A DNA stretch of 64,000 nt from Dicyema japonicum (GCA_011109175.1 RDEW01000009.1:1229652-1293651); one strand, 5' to 3'. Positions 51,261-64,000 are shown, numbered from the stretch's first letter. Numbers and translations: made by a program. Notes: generated by a model not told the origin, from the sequence alone.

Positions 51261-52924
51261 GAAGCACGTGACCACCTCAGCCAAAAAAATCCTAATTGAA
51301 AAATAAAAAATAATAAAATTGTCCCATTTTTCTTAAGATGTCCTAATTGTAATATTTTTACAACCAATTCATCGAACCTTGCATTTCTTATGCATGTGGA
51401 ATCTGGCTCTGTTCATTTCTTGGACAAATGTTTTGAAGATAGAGGCTAGCCGAAAAAAGCCTCTAAAATTACGGAATAATGGACCTATGGAGCCCCAGCC
51501 ACGAATGCTTTAGAATCCATGATACGCATTAACTGTAGAACGTCCTGTTTTGACAACAAAGATCCAGTTATTCGGTCAATACTTGCTTATGTGGGTCGAT
51601 GGAGAAACATCTGGACATGTTGAGGTCTCTGTAGAGAGTGCTGGGATCAAGTGATTAGTTTGCTTGTGTAACCGTGGTCTCTGTCTTATTATTTCCCACA
51701 TAGTTTATAGGACAGGATCCCGGCGGGGGAATGTATAAGTTGATCAAAATGATGTGACCTAAACCATTAACCACATCAATCGATATTTTCCCGCGGCCCT
51801 GTCATGCAAAATTAGGTCAAACCTTTTATAATGATGGTACACTTCCAAGTCGGTCTTTTATGATGACTTTCAACCATAGACCAAGAATGGTTTAATGCTA
51901 AATGTGTATACATATAGGAACGTATCAGGATTCAGACAAGACTGTAGAAGTTATTTTGACCTCATTGTGGCTTTCTTCTTTCATTATGTATGATCTTTGA
52001 AGGATCCACTCTCATCCACACACCAAAGCCTTGATTTCATCCTATTCTCATAATCATTGATATTTCTGTTTAATATCCAATAAATAGCATATTTTTCATG
52101 AGATTAGGGAACCATTTTAGGAATCATTTTACGATAAAACAAATGTTACAAAATTTTAGATAATATTACGTCACAGTCCTATTAATTAATGCGCGAATAA
52201 ATTAATTTTAAAAATTTTGTTTTGTTTTTTTTTATTAAATTTAAAATGCACACTAATTATGTAAAACCTTTGTTTTTGTGATCTTCATAAAAATTATATA
52301 ACCTCAGAGAACCAAACGCACTTATTTTTTGCTCATTTTATTAAGTGGGCTAATGTCCCATCCTAAGTCAAGATTATTACTGATTTCCTTTACTTCTTTA
52401 ATTTTTATTGAATTAATCGCACTAGACGCATTTTTTCACGTTTTTTTAAATTAAAACGCATAAATAATTAATTAACACAGCCATCCATCCAATTATTTGT
52501 TTAAAATCTGCTTTTTAAATATAATTTTATTCCAAATAAAATTAAAATTATTCCAAAGACCAAGGGTAACCAAACTAACTAACTTTTTGATCCTGACTCG
52601 TTCCAGCTTTCCAAAACTTGTCTCCAGATAATGACATTGTCCCTAGGGAAGAATAATTGGATCCTTTTGATGTCGACCAGGCATCGGGCGTCTCTTCAGT
52701 ATGTGGGTCTAATGACGCCATTGGAAAGAAGGAAAATAATTTATGGCCAACTAGTCACATGTGTCGTTAAATTAATTAATTTTGTTGATTAATTATTAAA
52801 ATTTATGGATATATTCTAAAATCCAATGAAAATTTTATGAAAATTCATATTTTTAATTTAATTTGCGGACAACAATTAATTTTTTTTTAAATAAAAATTT
52901 ATTAAGGTAATTAATAAAAATTAA

Positions 52925-53165
52925 ATTAAAGCATCTGAATGGCCATGCTATTTCCCCTAACAATAGCCAACGAGATACGTTCTCGGAACCAACCAGTCTC
53001 TCGCGGATCCTTGGTCACAGCTTGAATCATGGAGCCGATTTTACGAACCAACTCATCTGCTTGGGGGCCAAGGATTCCTGACGTTTCCACCGCGAATGGA
53101 ACAAATAGATGCTCTTCCGAAATTCCTCTGGTACTTCCTCCTCTTTCGTTCCTCGGCCTGCTTCG
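52925..53165 (-). mobile_element. CRE-clade 3' fragment
   Basis: FVPFAVETSGILGP..RERISLAIVRGNS; near-identical to 8195-8416. Confidence 0.88.
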
Positions 53166-53169
53166 AAGC

Positions 53170-53390
53170 ATGTCCAATTAATTTATTCGCGGATCATTAC
53201 CGACTTCTGTCAAATGGAGTTCTTCAAGACTCCGTTTTGTCACCTACCTTATTTAACTTGCAACTAAGCGACATTCCAACTAATTCCAAGACACTTCTCT
53301 TACCGTGTGCGGATGACCTGATTACGAAGCAACGAAGGATGTTCAGAACCACTTGAACACTCTTGAAGAGTGGCTTGGAGCAAACCACCT
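53170..53390 (+). mobile_element. LINE RT fragment
   Basis: GVLQDSVLSPTLFNL..CADDL. Confidence 0.7.
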
Positions 53391-54039
53391 AAAATGACTC
53401 TACGAGAGTCGAAAAATGAAAAGATTCCCAATCAGCGTTTAATGTGAGTATATAAACTAGAAACATGTATAACTTGAAAGATTCTCTTGATATTCTTAAC
53501 GGAATGTTTTCTGCATATCACCTGAGTTGCTGAAAGTACTCCGATTTCGACTTAATCTAATGATAATCGTTATAATTGGACTAGAAAATAACATATTTAG
53601 TGATTTATTGTGTCAAATTTTGAAAATAGACAATTGATATAAGTAACACCACAAAATCTATAATCAGTAGTTGTTATTAGACGTTTGGAAAAAAAATTCA
53701 AATGTACCAAAGGTCGCATGCAGTGGACAGAGCCCACAGGATACGATGGTGAAGAGGACTCTAAATCGTATTCCACAATTGAGACTTTCAGTTAACAACA
53801 TTCTTTGATTCTATGAATAATAATTAGTTGGAAGTCTCATTGAACTCCTAATATAGGCAATATTGACTATAATATATCAGTGGCTTTAATCGGTCATAAG
53901 TCAATCTGAATCATTAAGAGAGTCTGATATAGCAGTTCAATTTTAAGTACAAAACTGATAAGACACGTAGTCAGTTTTTTTAGATATTGTTACAATATAC
54001 AGAAACATCTCCTATCACTCCATGTTAATAAATAAGTAA

Positions 54040-54560
54040 ATGTTACTCCAATATTGCAGCGAAATGAACTCACAGACGAGTTCGGCTACGTTGGTCTTTA
54101 AGAATCAACTTTAGCTTTGTTTTAATGAAGAAAGTCTTAAAAATTAATAAGTCAAGACTTTTCCATAATCACACGTGTTATAGTAGTGGAAGTGAATCAC
54201 TATGATATCATCAGCTCTAGCTGGAAGTCTAGTCGCCAGAAAATCTTTTGGATCACTAGTTTCATAAATTGTTCGGGAAATTCCAAAAACTGTAGCTATA
54301 ATTGAAATCGTCATATTTTCCACATAATGACCTATTAATAATTATAATTTTTTATTACCAAGTTTTGCGTGGATGTAGGTATTCAGTTCGGTATTTTTCT
54401 TCACCACCAATTTTCCGTTCCTCACAGGACTAGATTCAGTGCCTACTATTTCAGTGATGGCATCTAAAATATATTTTTATCAAATACAGTCACATCGTGT
54501 GTAACTTAGTTCCTCGTTATTAATGATAGAATGACATAATACTAAAAGTGAAACCAACAT
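54040..54560 (-). CDS. NPC2/ML-domain lipid-binding protein, secreted, three micro-introns
   Basis: Signal-like MLVSLLVLCHS. The spliced product YTRCD..PSLKIVGTESSPVRNGKLVVKKNTELN..ISIIATVFGISRTI..KLKLILKDQ..ELVCEF aligns by eye along the full length of NPC2. One or two single-base frame corrections are needed. Confidence 0.7.
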
Positions 54561-54999
54561 TAATTAGTTTACCCTCTATTTGACATCTTTTTTTTGGATT
54601 AGCCGCTGTAAATATATTTATAAATATTTATTATAACTTTACTTTTAACCAAATAATATTTAGTTGTTGGGTATTTAAAAAAATAGAATGTTACCAGGTT
54701 TTGCCCTGTTACTGTTTTTTAGGGTGCTGGGCAGTTAGCTCATTTTATAATTTAATTTTTTAATATAACTTACATAAATATATTTATTTTCACTGGAAAT
54801 TAAAATTGTATTAATATTTTGACAAAAAATTGTAATAATGACGTTAAGATAATTAACAAAATTGTTATGAACGTCTGATATTTTCATGGATGAGGAGCTT
54901 GAAATCTGCATTGCCACGATGGAGATGCATGTCATAAATTATTCATTAGCTAAGTAGCCGATTGAATGGTTTTGTTCCCGGAGGCATGAATAATTTTGT

Positions 55000-56050
55000 C
55001 GGTGAAGGAGAAGAAAGTTATCATTTCAGGTTTGTGGCATATCGTTTATGTAGAGGTTGAAGAGTTAAGTGACTCCATTTAGAAAGTAGCGAGATCTTGT
55101 ATGGTCCTGATGACATCCTGACTAGTGAGAGGCCCCAGTCATTGAAACGTTCAATGTTTTTCAGGAATTCTGCGTGTTCTTTTGAAAACTCCCTGTAGGG
55201 GATATACGTAATATATTTTATCAGGCAGTAGGGCTGATGTAGAGTTTGCCTTTTGTCTCTTGGCAGAATCTTCTGATAGAGTCGAACCACTTCCAGACTC
55301 TCTTCAATAGGGAATTCCTACATAGAGCCTTCAATAGTTTCTTCCATCTATAATGGATAAGAAAAATCATGAGTACAATGAATGTATCAACGTACTCCTT
55401 GAATCCTCTCAAGATAGCGAAGTTATTGTGATTGTCTTTGGGATCCCGATTTTTATTGATATCTAGGATTAGTTTGGTCTCTTATCGTATCAAAAGACAA
55501 AGTGATCCAGAGAGGGAGAACTGAGTGAAAGGTCAAGGGATGACGGTTCATCATTTTTTGTCGAGTTGGGGTCCTTGTAAGTAGTGTTGGGTTGTTCAGG
55601 ATACAGAGATTGTACATGTCTTCGATTTTCATTCCCCCTCTTATTGTGTGTCTGGTCTTTCAGCCATAAGGAATTCTTCGCATTTAGGTCTCCGCAGGGT
55701 TGTATTTTGTTGCCTGGAGTTCATGACAATTATTCCAAGAGTCTTCAATAAGTTTATTCAAATCTTTATTCCAAGACAACCGTTAAATCAAAACAACAAA
55801 GTGATCCCAACAAATTTAATCCAGGATTTCAGTTTGGTTCGATGCTCCTCCCTAGATCCTACACAAGCTCTTTGAGATCAAGTTTTCTCTTAATACGTTG
55901 GATCAAGCCGATTCCATTATTCCTTTGATTAGGATCTCCAAGGGTGTCAGATAATGTTCTTTTTGCCCGTAGACAACTTCTCCGTCACTCCAAAAGCCCT
56001 TTTTGTGTAACCTCGATTTTCTTAACATTAGTCCAAGAGAAGTAAGGTCC
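55000..56050 (-). mobile_element. Degraded LINE (APE to RT)
   Basis: Reverse strand reads CGDLNAKNSLW..SSLDLSLSS (APE) at ~55500-55700. Confidence 0.6.
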
Positions 56051-56169
56051 CATAAGACACATGCATAGGAAATGCATGGCTCAACGTTTTATAATATTAT
56101 TTAAATATGTAATAATAGAAAATTTAATAATTAACAAAAACTTAAAAAAATTAAAATTAGAGAATCACA

Positions 56170-56699
56170 ATTACTTGTAGTTATTTTCATCAAACAAGCC
56201 AAAGCACAAAACAGAATTCAAATCAGACTGAGTTTTCGTTGACAAATCCTTGGATTTCACGGATTTGAAATTTCTAAAATATAAAAGTCAGCTTACATTT
56301 TTCGATGTGTGTTTTTACTTTTCCAACGCATTTTGCGAGGAATATCAGATTTTTTGAAAGATGAATCGTTATTACTTCCCTTATTGAGGCCAGAGAGAAC
56401 GTTTTCGTAAAAATTTATATGGATGTTGGGACTCCAATCTTCCTTTGAGCCCAGGCCTTTGATATGAATGCAAAATGCTTACCATTTAATGCACGATTAG
56501 TTTTGAGGGTGATTATCTCCTTTATTCCATCTTCCTGCTTTCCAAGTCCTTTGCCACTCTGCCAACCCATTTTTTCTAAGAGTTTCTGACCAATCTTATT
56601 GTTATCTTTTATAAGATAATTAAATTTACCTGATGACCATCTTAACCCACGAGGATCGATTTGCATTGGAATCCGTTTACGCTTTGGTTCAGCCAACAT
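56170..56699 (-). CDS. PINX1: PIN2/TERF1-interacting telomerase inhibitor 1 (G-patch), 3' end unresolved
   Basis: MLAEPKRK..DPRGLRWSS-DNNKIGQKLLEKMGWQSGKGLGKQEDG; introns 56606-56629 and 56457-56482; KSKDLSTKTQSDLNSVL matches PINX1 KGKDLSSRSKTDLDCIF. Confidence 0.88.
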
Positions 56700-56769
56700 G
56701 AGTAAATGTGCTTTTTTCAAATTTAATGAATTAATTTTTAATTATCAATTTTAATTAATTTTAAAAATA

Positions 56770-58472
56770 TAGAAACTAATTTGAGACTGCCAAACTCATT
56801 TGTTAACGTAAACCAGATGTCACTCATCAAGAAACGAGATGCGCTGAAGAGGAATAGAACACAGACTAATAACTCTTTCTACTCCATACGTTCACTGAAT
56901 ACCAAATTATCTGAGCTTATCCGAACTAACAACAGACTCAAATGGAGCCGCCTAGTTGGACGACTATGTCACAAAAACTCTTGTGCCACATTTTGGAAAA
57001 CACTAAGAAGGATCAATAGCCTTATCAATGAGGAGGACCGCGGAGCTGAGGCCGTTACCCGCAACGCTTCGGAACCCGCACGCAAACTCGCAAACAAGAT
57101 TATGAATACTACGTATTGATCAGCCATAAAACTTTTCTTGCTCTACACTTGTTGAACGGCGCCAGCCACAACAAGAACCATATTCCACCTTCTTCACCCC
57201 CGATGATGTTGAAAAGGCTATTAAATTGCTACGTCCCACTCGTGCTTGTGGTCTCGACGGTATTTGCACTATTCACCTCAAACATGTTGGACCTCAGGCA
57301 CGGGCCATACTATCAAGACTGTACAACGACTCTATCAACTACCATACGCTACCTAATATATGGAAGAACTCGCTGATTACGCAATCCTAAAGCCCAGAAA
57401 ACCAAAAAGACGTTCCCTCTTTACCGCCCCATCAATAACTTGTTTTATCAAAAGTACTGAAAAGCTTGTGTTAATGCGCATCTCTTCTGTTCTACATCTA
57501 CCAGAGTTTCAGCATGGCTCCAGGGCAGACTCTTCTACAACGACTCATTTGGGTTCTATCTTCCAGTTTATTACTGACGGTTTTAACATGAGAACACACT
57601 TACGGATGGCCTTAGTGTCCATCGACATACAGAAGGCCTTTGACTCTGTTACGAGGAAACTCCTAACGCAAAAGATTTTTAACTTGAACTTACACCCAAA
57701 CATCAAGCTATGGCTGGAAAACTTCTTAACTGGACGACGCGGAAGTGTCCGTATTGACAAAACCACTTCAAATTCAAGACTATTCCCCAATGGAGTCCCG
57801 CAAGGCTCCTTTTTATCTCCTCTCCTTTTCAACTTATTTCTACATGACCTACCGACTACCAATGACCAGGACACTGTGTTTATCCTATGCGGACGACCTA
57901 ATTATCGCTGCAAGAAATAAATCTCCTCCCATGGCTGTAGCAACTGTTCAGACACACCTAAACCTAATTTGTGACTGGCTATCTGCAAATACGTTGTGTG
58001 TATCAGCATCCAAGTCTCAGTTCACATTATTCACTAAGGACAGAAGGTTTAAAGGTGGGCTTGAGATATCCATCGGAAACACTCCCATCTCTTCTACGCG
58101 GACCCAGAAGATCCTTGGTGTAGTTTTCGACTCTCTGTTGACGTTCTCGAGTCACGTGGAGGAGGTGCTCGCCAAGGGTCTTCGGAAATGGAACATTCTG
58201 AATCGATGATAAAGAAGAGCCCTTTCTACCCGGCCGACTGCATCAACAAGGTCTATCAACAAGTAATCATACCGACCATTAAATATGCCTGCTCCGCCTG
58301 GAGGTTTCCTTTGCAGAAGCAAGAGAAGACGCTTCCGGAGTGCGGTTGGATCATCAGAAGACCAATTGAAAAAAGTCCGGATGTTGCTGGAAGTTGGGAT
58401 CACCTAATTAGTTAGTTTTGACCTATCTTTCCTGGTGGTCTTAGGGTTAAATAAATAAAAATAAATAAATAA
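56770..58472 (+). mobile_element. 5'-truncated LINE with RT
   Basis: IDIQKAFD, GVPQGSFLSPLLFNL, SYADD, KILGVVFD; (AATA)n tail at 58448-58472. Confidence 0.92.
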
Positions 58473-58561
58473 CCAGATAACATGTATGGTATCCAACAGA
58501 GAAAAGGTTTGTCTTCAAATGTACGAGAATATTCCTGGTAGGCAAGAATCTCTTCTTCAGC

Positions 58562-58654
58562 TCGATTGTTGGTAGGATTATTGTTTATCTATGTTCGATT
58601 GTTGGTAGGATTTATTGTTTATTTATGTTCGATTGTTGGTAGGATTTATTGTTT
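58562..58654. repeat. Minisatellite, 3 x 33-34 bp
   Basis: TCGATTGTTGGTAGGAT(T)TATTGTTT at 58562, 58595 and 58629. Confidence 0.9.
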
Positions 58655-58656
58655 GT

Positions 58657-59006
58657 CTAATAATAATTCAAGGTGAGGGAGAATATTGGGGATATACCAA
58701 CGGTCTTGAGGATCCCCATCTTTTTTTGACGAGGAATAATTTTCTGAATGATTAATTTTTCAAGTGCTGACGAGAGTCCACAGAGGACTGATACTGACGG
58801 TAAAACCGCGGGTCGGCTTGAGATTTGCTTCGTTTTGGGGTCGGCCGTATCAGGGATTTCTTCCATAATGTAGGAATTTCATTTTTATTTACCGAGTGGT
58901 TAAAAATTTTGGTCGTGACCCAAGTGTTTCTATTTGGCTGTGGAGATATTATCCGCTTTTCTGGATACTGTATTCTTTGTGTATTTTGAACGGAGAACAC
59001 CTTCAT
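58657..59006 (-). mobile_element. LINE RT N-terminal fragment
   Basis: WKKSLIRPTPK..DPRFYR..ALEKLI. Confidence 0.65.
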
Positions 59007-59179
59007 TGGCGTAAAATATTCATTATTACATCATATTTAAGAAACCAAGGTCTCTGATGGATGCTGTGAACACTATGGAGCCCATAAACTAATTATCTTT
59101 CCAAGTGAATCGAAACATTACGGACAAGGTTTTGCATCCCATGACCACCTTATTTTTCGAATACATCAATTTTGAAAAG

Positions 59180-59560
59180 TCAATGACAGGATCAATGTCC
59201 TGAAATCAGGATGAATGACATGTGCCTTTCCAAAAGCGACACGACAATCATTAACGTATATGCCGGAGACTTTAAAGCAAAAGTTAGGATACGAGGTAAT
59301 GGAGAAGAATTGTTCATCGACAGACATGGACGGGGGTAGAGAAACACTCCGGGAAACACTACTGGCTAATTTCTTTCAACTGAATGACCTCTTCTTCTGA
59401 AACACTACCTTTGTGCATTTAGGTCGCCACAGGAGCACATGGACTGGCCATAGAAACAACTTGGAAAACGAAAGTGTCAATATATTCAAAGTGACTACAT
59501 CATTTGTCGGACTAAGGAAAAACCCTTACTGCATGATGCCCGTTCTTACGATGCCCGTTG
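59180..59560 (+). mobile_element. RTE-type APE fragment
   Basis: GDFKAK, NDL..TTFVH..TW, DYII. Confidence 0.6.
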
Positions 59561-59818
59561 ATGATAAATAGTGCCCATAAAATGGTTATTGACAAGTTCT
59601 GCCAAAAGAAATACTACATTGACAGAAAGAACCCGGACTTAAACAAAGTACCTATTAGTTGGCTTTCATTAGAAAGAACTCAGACCTAGCAAATGCATAT
59701 ATGACTGAGAAGCTCTGGTCTCTGCCGCTGGTGGCGATAAATAACCAAAAGCAAATTGAGAGCCGACTAAATACACTACCGAATAATATGCCTATATATG
59801 ACCTATGTGACCAGACTA

Positions 59819-61437
59819 TACCATTTCAGGTTTAAAGTGGGTCTTACCAAAAGCAAAGTGGGTCTTACCAAAAGCAAAGTGGGTCTTACCAAAAGCAAAG
59901 TGGTACTTACCAAAAGCAAAGTGGTACTTACCAAAAGCAAAGTGGTACTTACCAAAAGCAAAGTGGAACTTACCAAAAGCAAAGTGGAACAAAAATTATT
60001 TAATAAACCATGTCATCATTATTTAACACCGATGGGGCCAACCTCTGAATTCTAGCAATTACGGTGTTGCATAAAGATGGAGTGATTTATACATAATGAA
60101 TTAATCATACTTTCTTCTAACTTTTGAAGTCGAAACTCCGTAGTTGACAAAGCTTCTTGTCTCACACCATTCAAAATATTTTTCATATCTGTAGCAATGT
60201 GTCTTTTTACATCAGCTTTGAAAACTGACCAAATATTCTCAATTGGGTTGAGCATAGGGCTATAGGGACCCAATCTTAAAATTTTATTTCCGATGAATTC
60301 ATTATCTCTGACAATTTCTTCAATTCCTGAATGGCATGGAGCATTGTCTACTACTAGCACTACTGGAAAATTGTGAACTTCCCCTGGCTTTTCGTAGACA
60401 AATTCTCACCCATTCATGGGCGGATTCTTTAATTAAAGGATCCACGTTTGAATTCATAATGCAACAATCCAAGGGACCCGATGCAACCAATGAAATGTAC
60501 ATTGGCACCTTCGCGAACTTGTTGCAACGACATTAGCCCTTGTTCCTTTTTTGATCGACCCTTTTTACGGGATATGTGAATGTTTATATTTGTTTCATCC
60601 ATAAATAATATTGGAATTTCCTCCGATTGATATTCCAATAATGAAGTTATAAATTTTTTTCTTTTTTCATTATTTAATTCACTATTGCATTCTCTATATC
60701 AGGTTCATACCTGATATCTTTCAAAAAATAACAGGCACCTTCCAGGTGGACTCGAATGGTTTCTTTTGAATCATTTAAGCTGAAATTAGAATTTAAAAGA
60801 AGTCTCAAAAGTAATCCTAGGGTTAATTTCGAGCTGTTCAACACAATATTCTTTATGTTTATCAAGAAATTTTTTTTCTTTTGATCCCCCTCGCTGATAA
60901 GGTTTGTTTTTGTTTTCAACCAACGATAAGTAGTAGTTTTCGGAACATAGAGAGATTTTGCAAGTTCCCTCAGTCACCATCTCCCTCATAAGCCCGATAA
61001 TAAGATTTTTCTTAATTTCAGCTTCAGACTTTTTTATTTGAGCAGGCATATGAATAAAAAAATGAAATATTTGCGCAGACATGCAAATATATAGGTTTTT
61101 GCTTAGTCACTTTTGCAATTGATCTCGACACTTTTGCAAATGATCTCGTCACTTTTGCAATTGATCTCGACACTTTTGCATTTTGCTTTGTCACTTTTGC
61201 GATTGATCTCGACACTTTTGCAATTGAAATTAATCTTCATCCTATAACAAAAAAAATAATTTTTGTTCCACTTTGATTTTGGTAAGTACCACTTTGATTT
61301 TTGGTAAGTACCACTTTGCTTTTGGTAAGTACCACTTTGCTTTTGGTAAGTTCCACTTTGCTTTTGGTAAGATCCACTTTGCTTTTGGTAAGACCCACTT
61401 TGCTTTTGGTAAGACCCACTTTAAACCTGAAATGGTA
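59819..61437 (-). mobile_element. Complete Tc1/IS630-like (DDE_3) transposon, DD35E, TIRs with 21-nt repeat arrays
   Basis: TA|TACCATTTCAGGTTTAAAGTGG ... CCACTTTAAACCTGAAATGGTA|TA. FMDETN, VDNAPCH..LRLGPYSPMLNPIE (35 residues between D and E). Confidence 0.95.
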
Positions 61438-61918
61438 TAGAAGCATTATTTCCCTTGCCGCAAAAACACATCTTGGAGTGAGACAACCAGTTAAACAGAT
61501 CGAATTGATCGTATCTCATTTTGAAATACCGCTCAAAGCGAACGGTCATGAACTGGCCCCTTTAATCTGAGAACCGCGATGCTGAAAACGATTGTCACTT
61601 CTAAGGAAGTTCAGAGTGCGAGTAGCAATCTAAAGAATCACAGGAGCACTGGACGGATAGCATCTCCCCGGAACTGCTGAAAAATGGACTTATATATCTC
61701 TTCGAAACCATTGTGACATTATTTAATTGTTTTGCATAATACACATACCCGAATCCTAAGAATTCCATTTCCATGTATCCCTAGAGTTTCATCCACCTTT
61801 ATTCTAAGAGTCTCATCCACCATTATCTTTCTCTCAAGTATTCTGTTACTACTAAGAAGAAAATTGTACCGCCAAGTCATTTGAGACGTGTTTATCCTGT
61901 AGGCTAGTCAGAACCAGG

Positions 61919-63170
61919 ATGCGTGGGATCTCCTGCTCTTCTTATGTTGATTTTTTTTCACCTCGGGTGTACAAAGCTATCCCAAACAGCAGCGAGCACA
62001 CTGTAGTATGGCATTGCCAGCCATGCCTTGGCCTATGGAGGGAGGTTCTTCGTGCTCGCGTTACTGTTAATTCTCTCGTTAATTACCCTTCAACCACGGA
62101 CACCGAAACATTTTTACGCTTCATCTCTGAGTTACGTTCTTTACGGACTATCCCTGTGAAGATCCCCAAGACCATAAGACCTGTCGCTGCAGAGGCCCTT
62201 TCAGGAGTAACGCAAGAGTAACGTAGTACAGGATTGGGTGCGCCTTCTGCACTGGGACTTGATCGAGTTGGTCACGGTGAGGAGTCTCTCAATACCACCA
62301 TGAGGACCAACATTCGTTCTTTTATGAAAAGAATCCATTAAATTCCACACAATTCTTGAAACCATCTTAAGTAGGGCGTCCAGTGTTCGCCTGGGATGCG
62401 AGGCCGCTGTCCATTCATTCCTAAACCGCAGTATAGAATATTCCTGATGTCCTTGTTAGACTGGACATCAAGAACGCCTTCAATAGTCTAAGAAGAGACA
62501 ATATCCTGGAGGTTGTGCATTGAGAGATGCCCTAATATTTTCGAATTTGTAAATCTGTCATACAGCCTACATCCTTACTTTTCTGGGACTACCTAATCCC
62601 TTCGTATTCCGGAGTGCCATTGGACCTTTATTGCTTTTCTTGTAATAGAGAAAATCACCAAGCTTTCGCGATCGCCCTTAACCTAGGGTATCTTGACAAT
62701 GCGGTTGTCGGAGGCTAGTGTCATCTAGTCATGACTTTGAACTAAGTCGTTAGGCGAGCTTTGGACGCCGCCGGACATCCCTCTGTTCTCGAGTCGGTCT
62801 TTGCAGACGTGACAGGAAACGAACAGATGGGATGACCATCTTCCCCTTCAAAGTCAGGAAACCTCTTGTCTGGGACGTCACCTCACCGATACGTATGCCC
62901 CTCTCAAACTACTCCAAATGCCTCTAGAGCTTATTTGGCAGCTGGGAGGCCGAGAGGTATAAACGGGCAACTTTCGCTTTTCTACCAAATGATTTTTGTT
63001 TGTTCCACCTACCGCTGAGACATTTGGTTCTCTTGCGCCTGCAGCGCTGGAATTTTTGAGTAGTCTAGGGAATCGGATTTCAGCAGATCCCCTGAGCGCA
63101 CCTTGTTATTTGAGCGAATCTCGCTCGTCATCCTGAGAGGGAATAGCCACGCAGCGGTCGCTATATGATC
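61919..63170 (+). mobile_element. CRE-clade retrotransposon, internally deleted and degraded
   Basis: Degenerate PHD (CSSYVDFF..WHCQPC), KIPKTIRPVAA, LDIKNAFNSL, KRTDGMTI..LVWDV, RISLVILRGNS. Confidence 0.85.
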
Positions 63171-64000
63171 ATTTTCTAACTTTTTTCCAAAATAAATTGT
63201 TAATATTTAATTTGATTTTTATTATCCAAAGTTTGCATAAGACATCTGAATCATTATATTTTCTTTTCATTGTTGACAAAATATTAAAATGATCATTTTA
63301 TTTTTTTCTTATGATAATTTTACTATAACTCCTAATATGTCTTATGTTTTACGGGATCTGTATTCGCCAGGTTCTAAGGAAAGTGTACAGCTAGTTCATC
63401 GAACTATATATCTCTTGTGTATGCGATTTCTGGTGAATATCTATACGTACAAATTCTCCGATATTTGAGAATGGGCCTCCTTTAATTCATTTAGACTCCA
63501 AGTGCAGTAATATGAAGGACAGGAACACCAGACAAATGAGGGATTTGATGGAACGGGAAATCATTTATTTAAGATGGATAACATAGACTTTTTTTTAATA
63601 AAAATAGGTTAAATATTCATATTTCGTTCACAAAGAATGGAAAATAAAAATAAAAATTATTAATTATTAAATTTTAAATACAAACTTTGTGTTATTTTCA
63701 TCATTATCCTATTGGAAGATTCCTTGTATCAATTGACGACTATATAATTCTATGATTGCTTTGCTTCTGATAATAGCTAAAAATAACAATTAAGAAAAAA
63801 AAAATTTAAGATTCTTCGATATATATAATCAAGTGATTCTGCTTCATTCAAATGATAATCGCCTGGTTTATTTTATTTTTAACTGGATACGCAAGTAAAT
63901 ATTTATAAGTAACTTTAGGTTTCAGACATACAGAGAATCTCGTTGAATCTAGGGGCGATTTCTGATAAATATCTATACGAACAAATTTTTTGAGATTTGA

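Noticed and set aside
18880-58403. Shared TGGGATCAC motif near LINE 3' ends (18880, 47867 reverse, 58395)
   Set aside because: It is explained by conserved Trp-Asp-His codons at the ORF2 C-terminus, not by an RNA element.
59798-61570. Repetitive ORFs (TKSKVVL.., SRSIAKV.., STTLLLV..)
   Set aside because: They are translations of 21-nt repeat arrays in the transposon ends. The same applies to ORFs 47399-47767 and 44041-44356.
63420-64000. ~45-bp imperfect direct repeat (GCGATTTCTG..ATATCTATACG.ACAAATT) at ~63422 and ~63955
   Set aside because: Only two copies, cut by the window edge, so it cannot be interpreted.

Overview
AT-rich eukaryotic (animal) genomic DNA. About half of the window, by my rough tally, is decayed transposable elements: APE-type LINEs, RTE fragments, about ten CRE-clade RT/RLE fragments, hAT, pogo/Tigger, two complete Tc1/IS630-like elements, Merlin and a tRNA-derived SINE. 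Between them lie compact host genes that the ORF track fragments because they carry 20-30 nt GT-AG micro-introns. These are an ankyrin-repeat TRP channel, an ARL6-like GTPase, an inositol polyphosphate multikinase, an intronless vesicular acetylcholine transporter (VAChT), a GLUT-type sugar transporter, an aquaglyceroporin with degenerate NPA motifs, two copies of an NPC2/ML-domain gene in a local duplication, and PINX1. Micro-introns plus a true VAChT suggest a highly reduced bilaterian such as a dicyemid; this is inference, and a myxozoan is not excluded. Several genes need a one-base insertion at a homopolymer to restore the frame, so the assembly probably has indel errors. I found no prokaryotic-type system and no CRISPR array. 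All family calls come from my motif recognition, not database searches.
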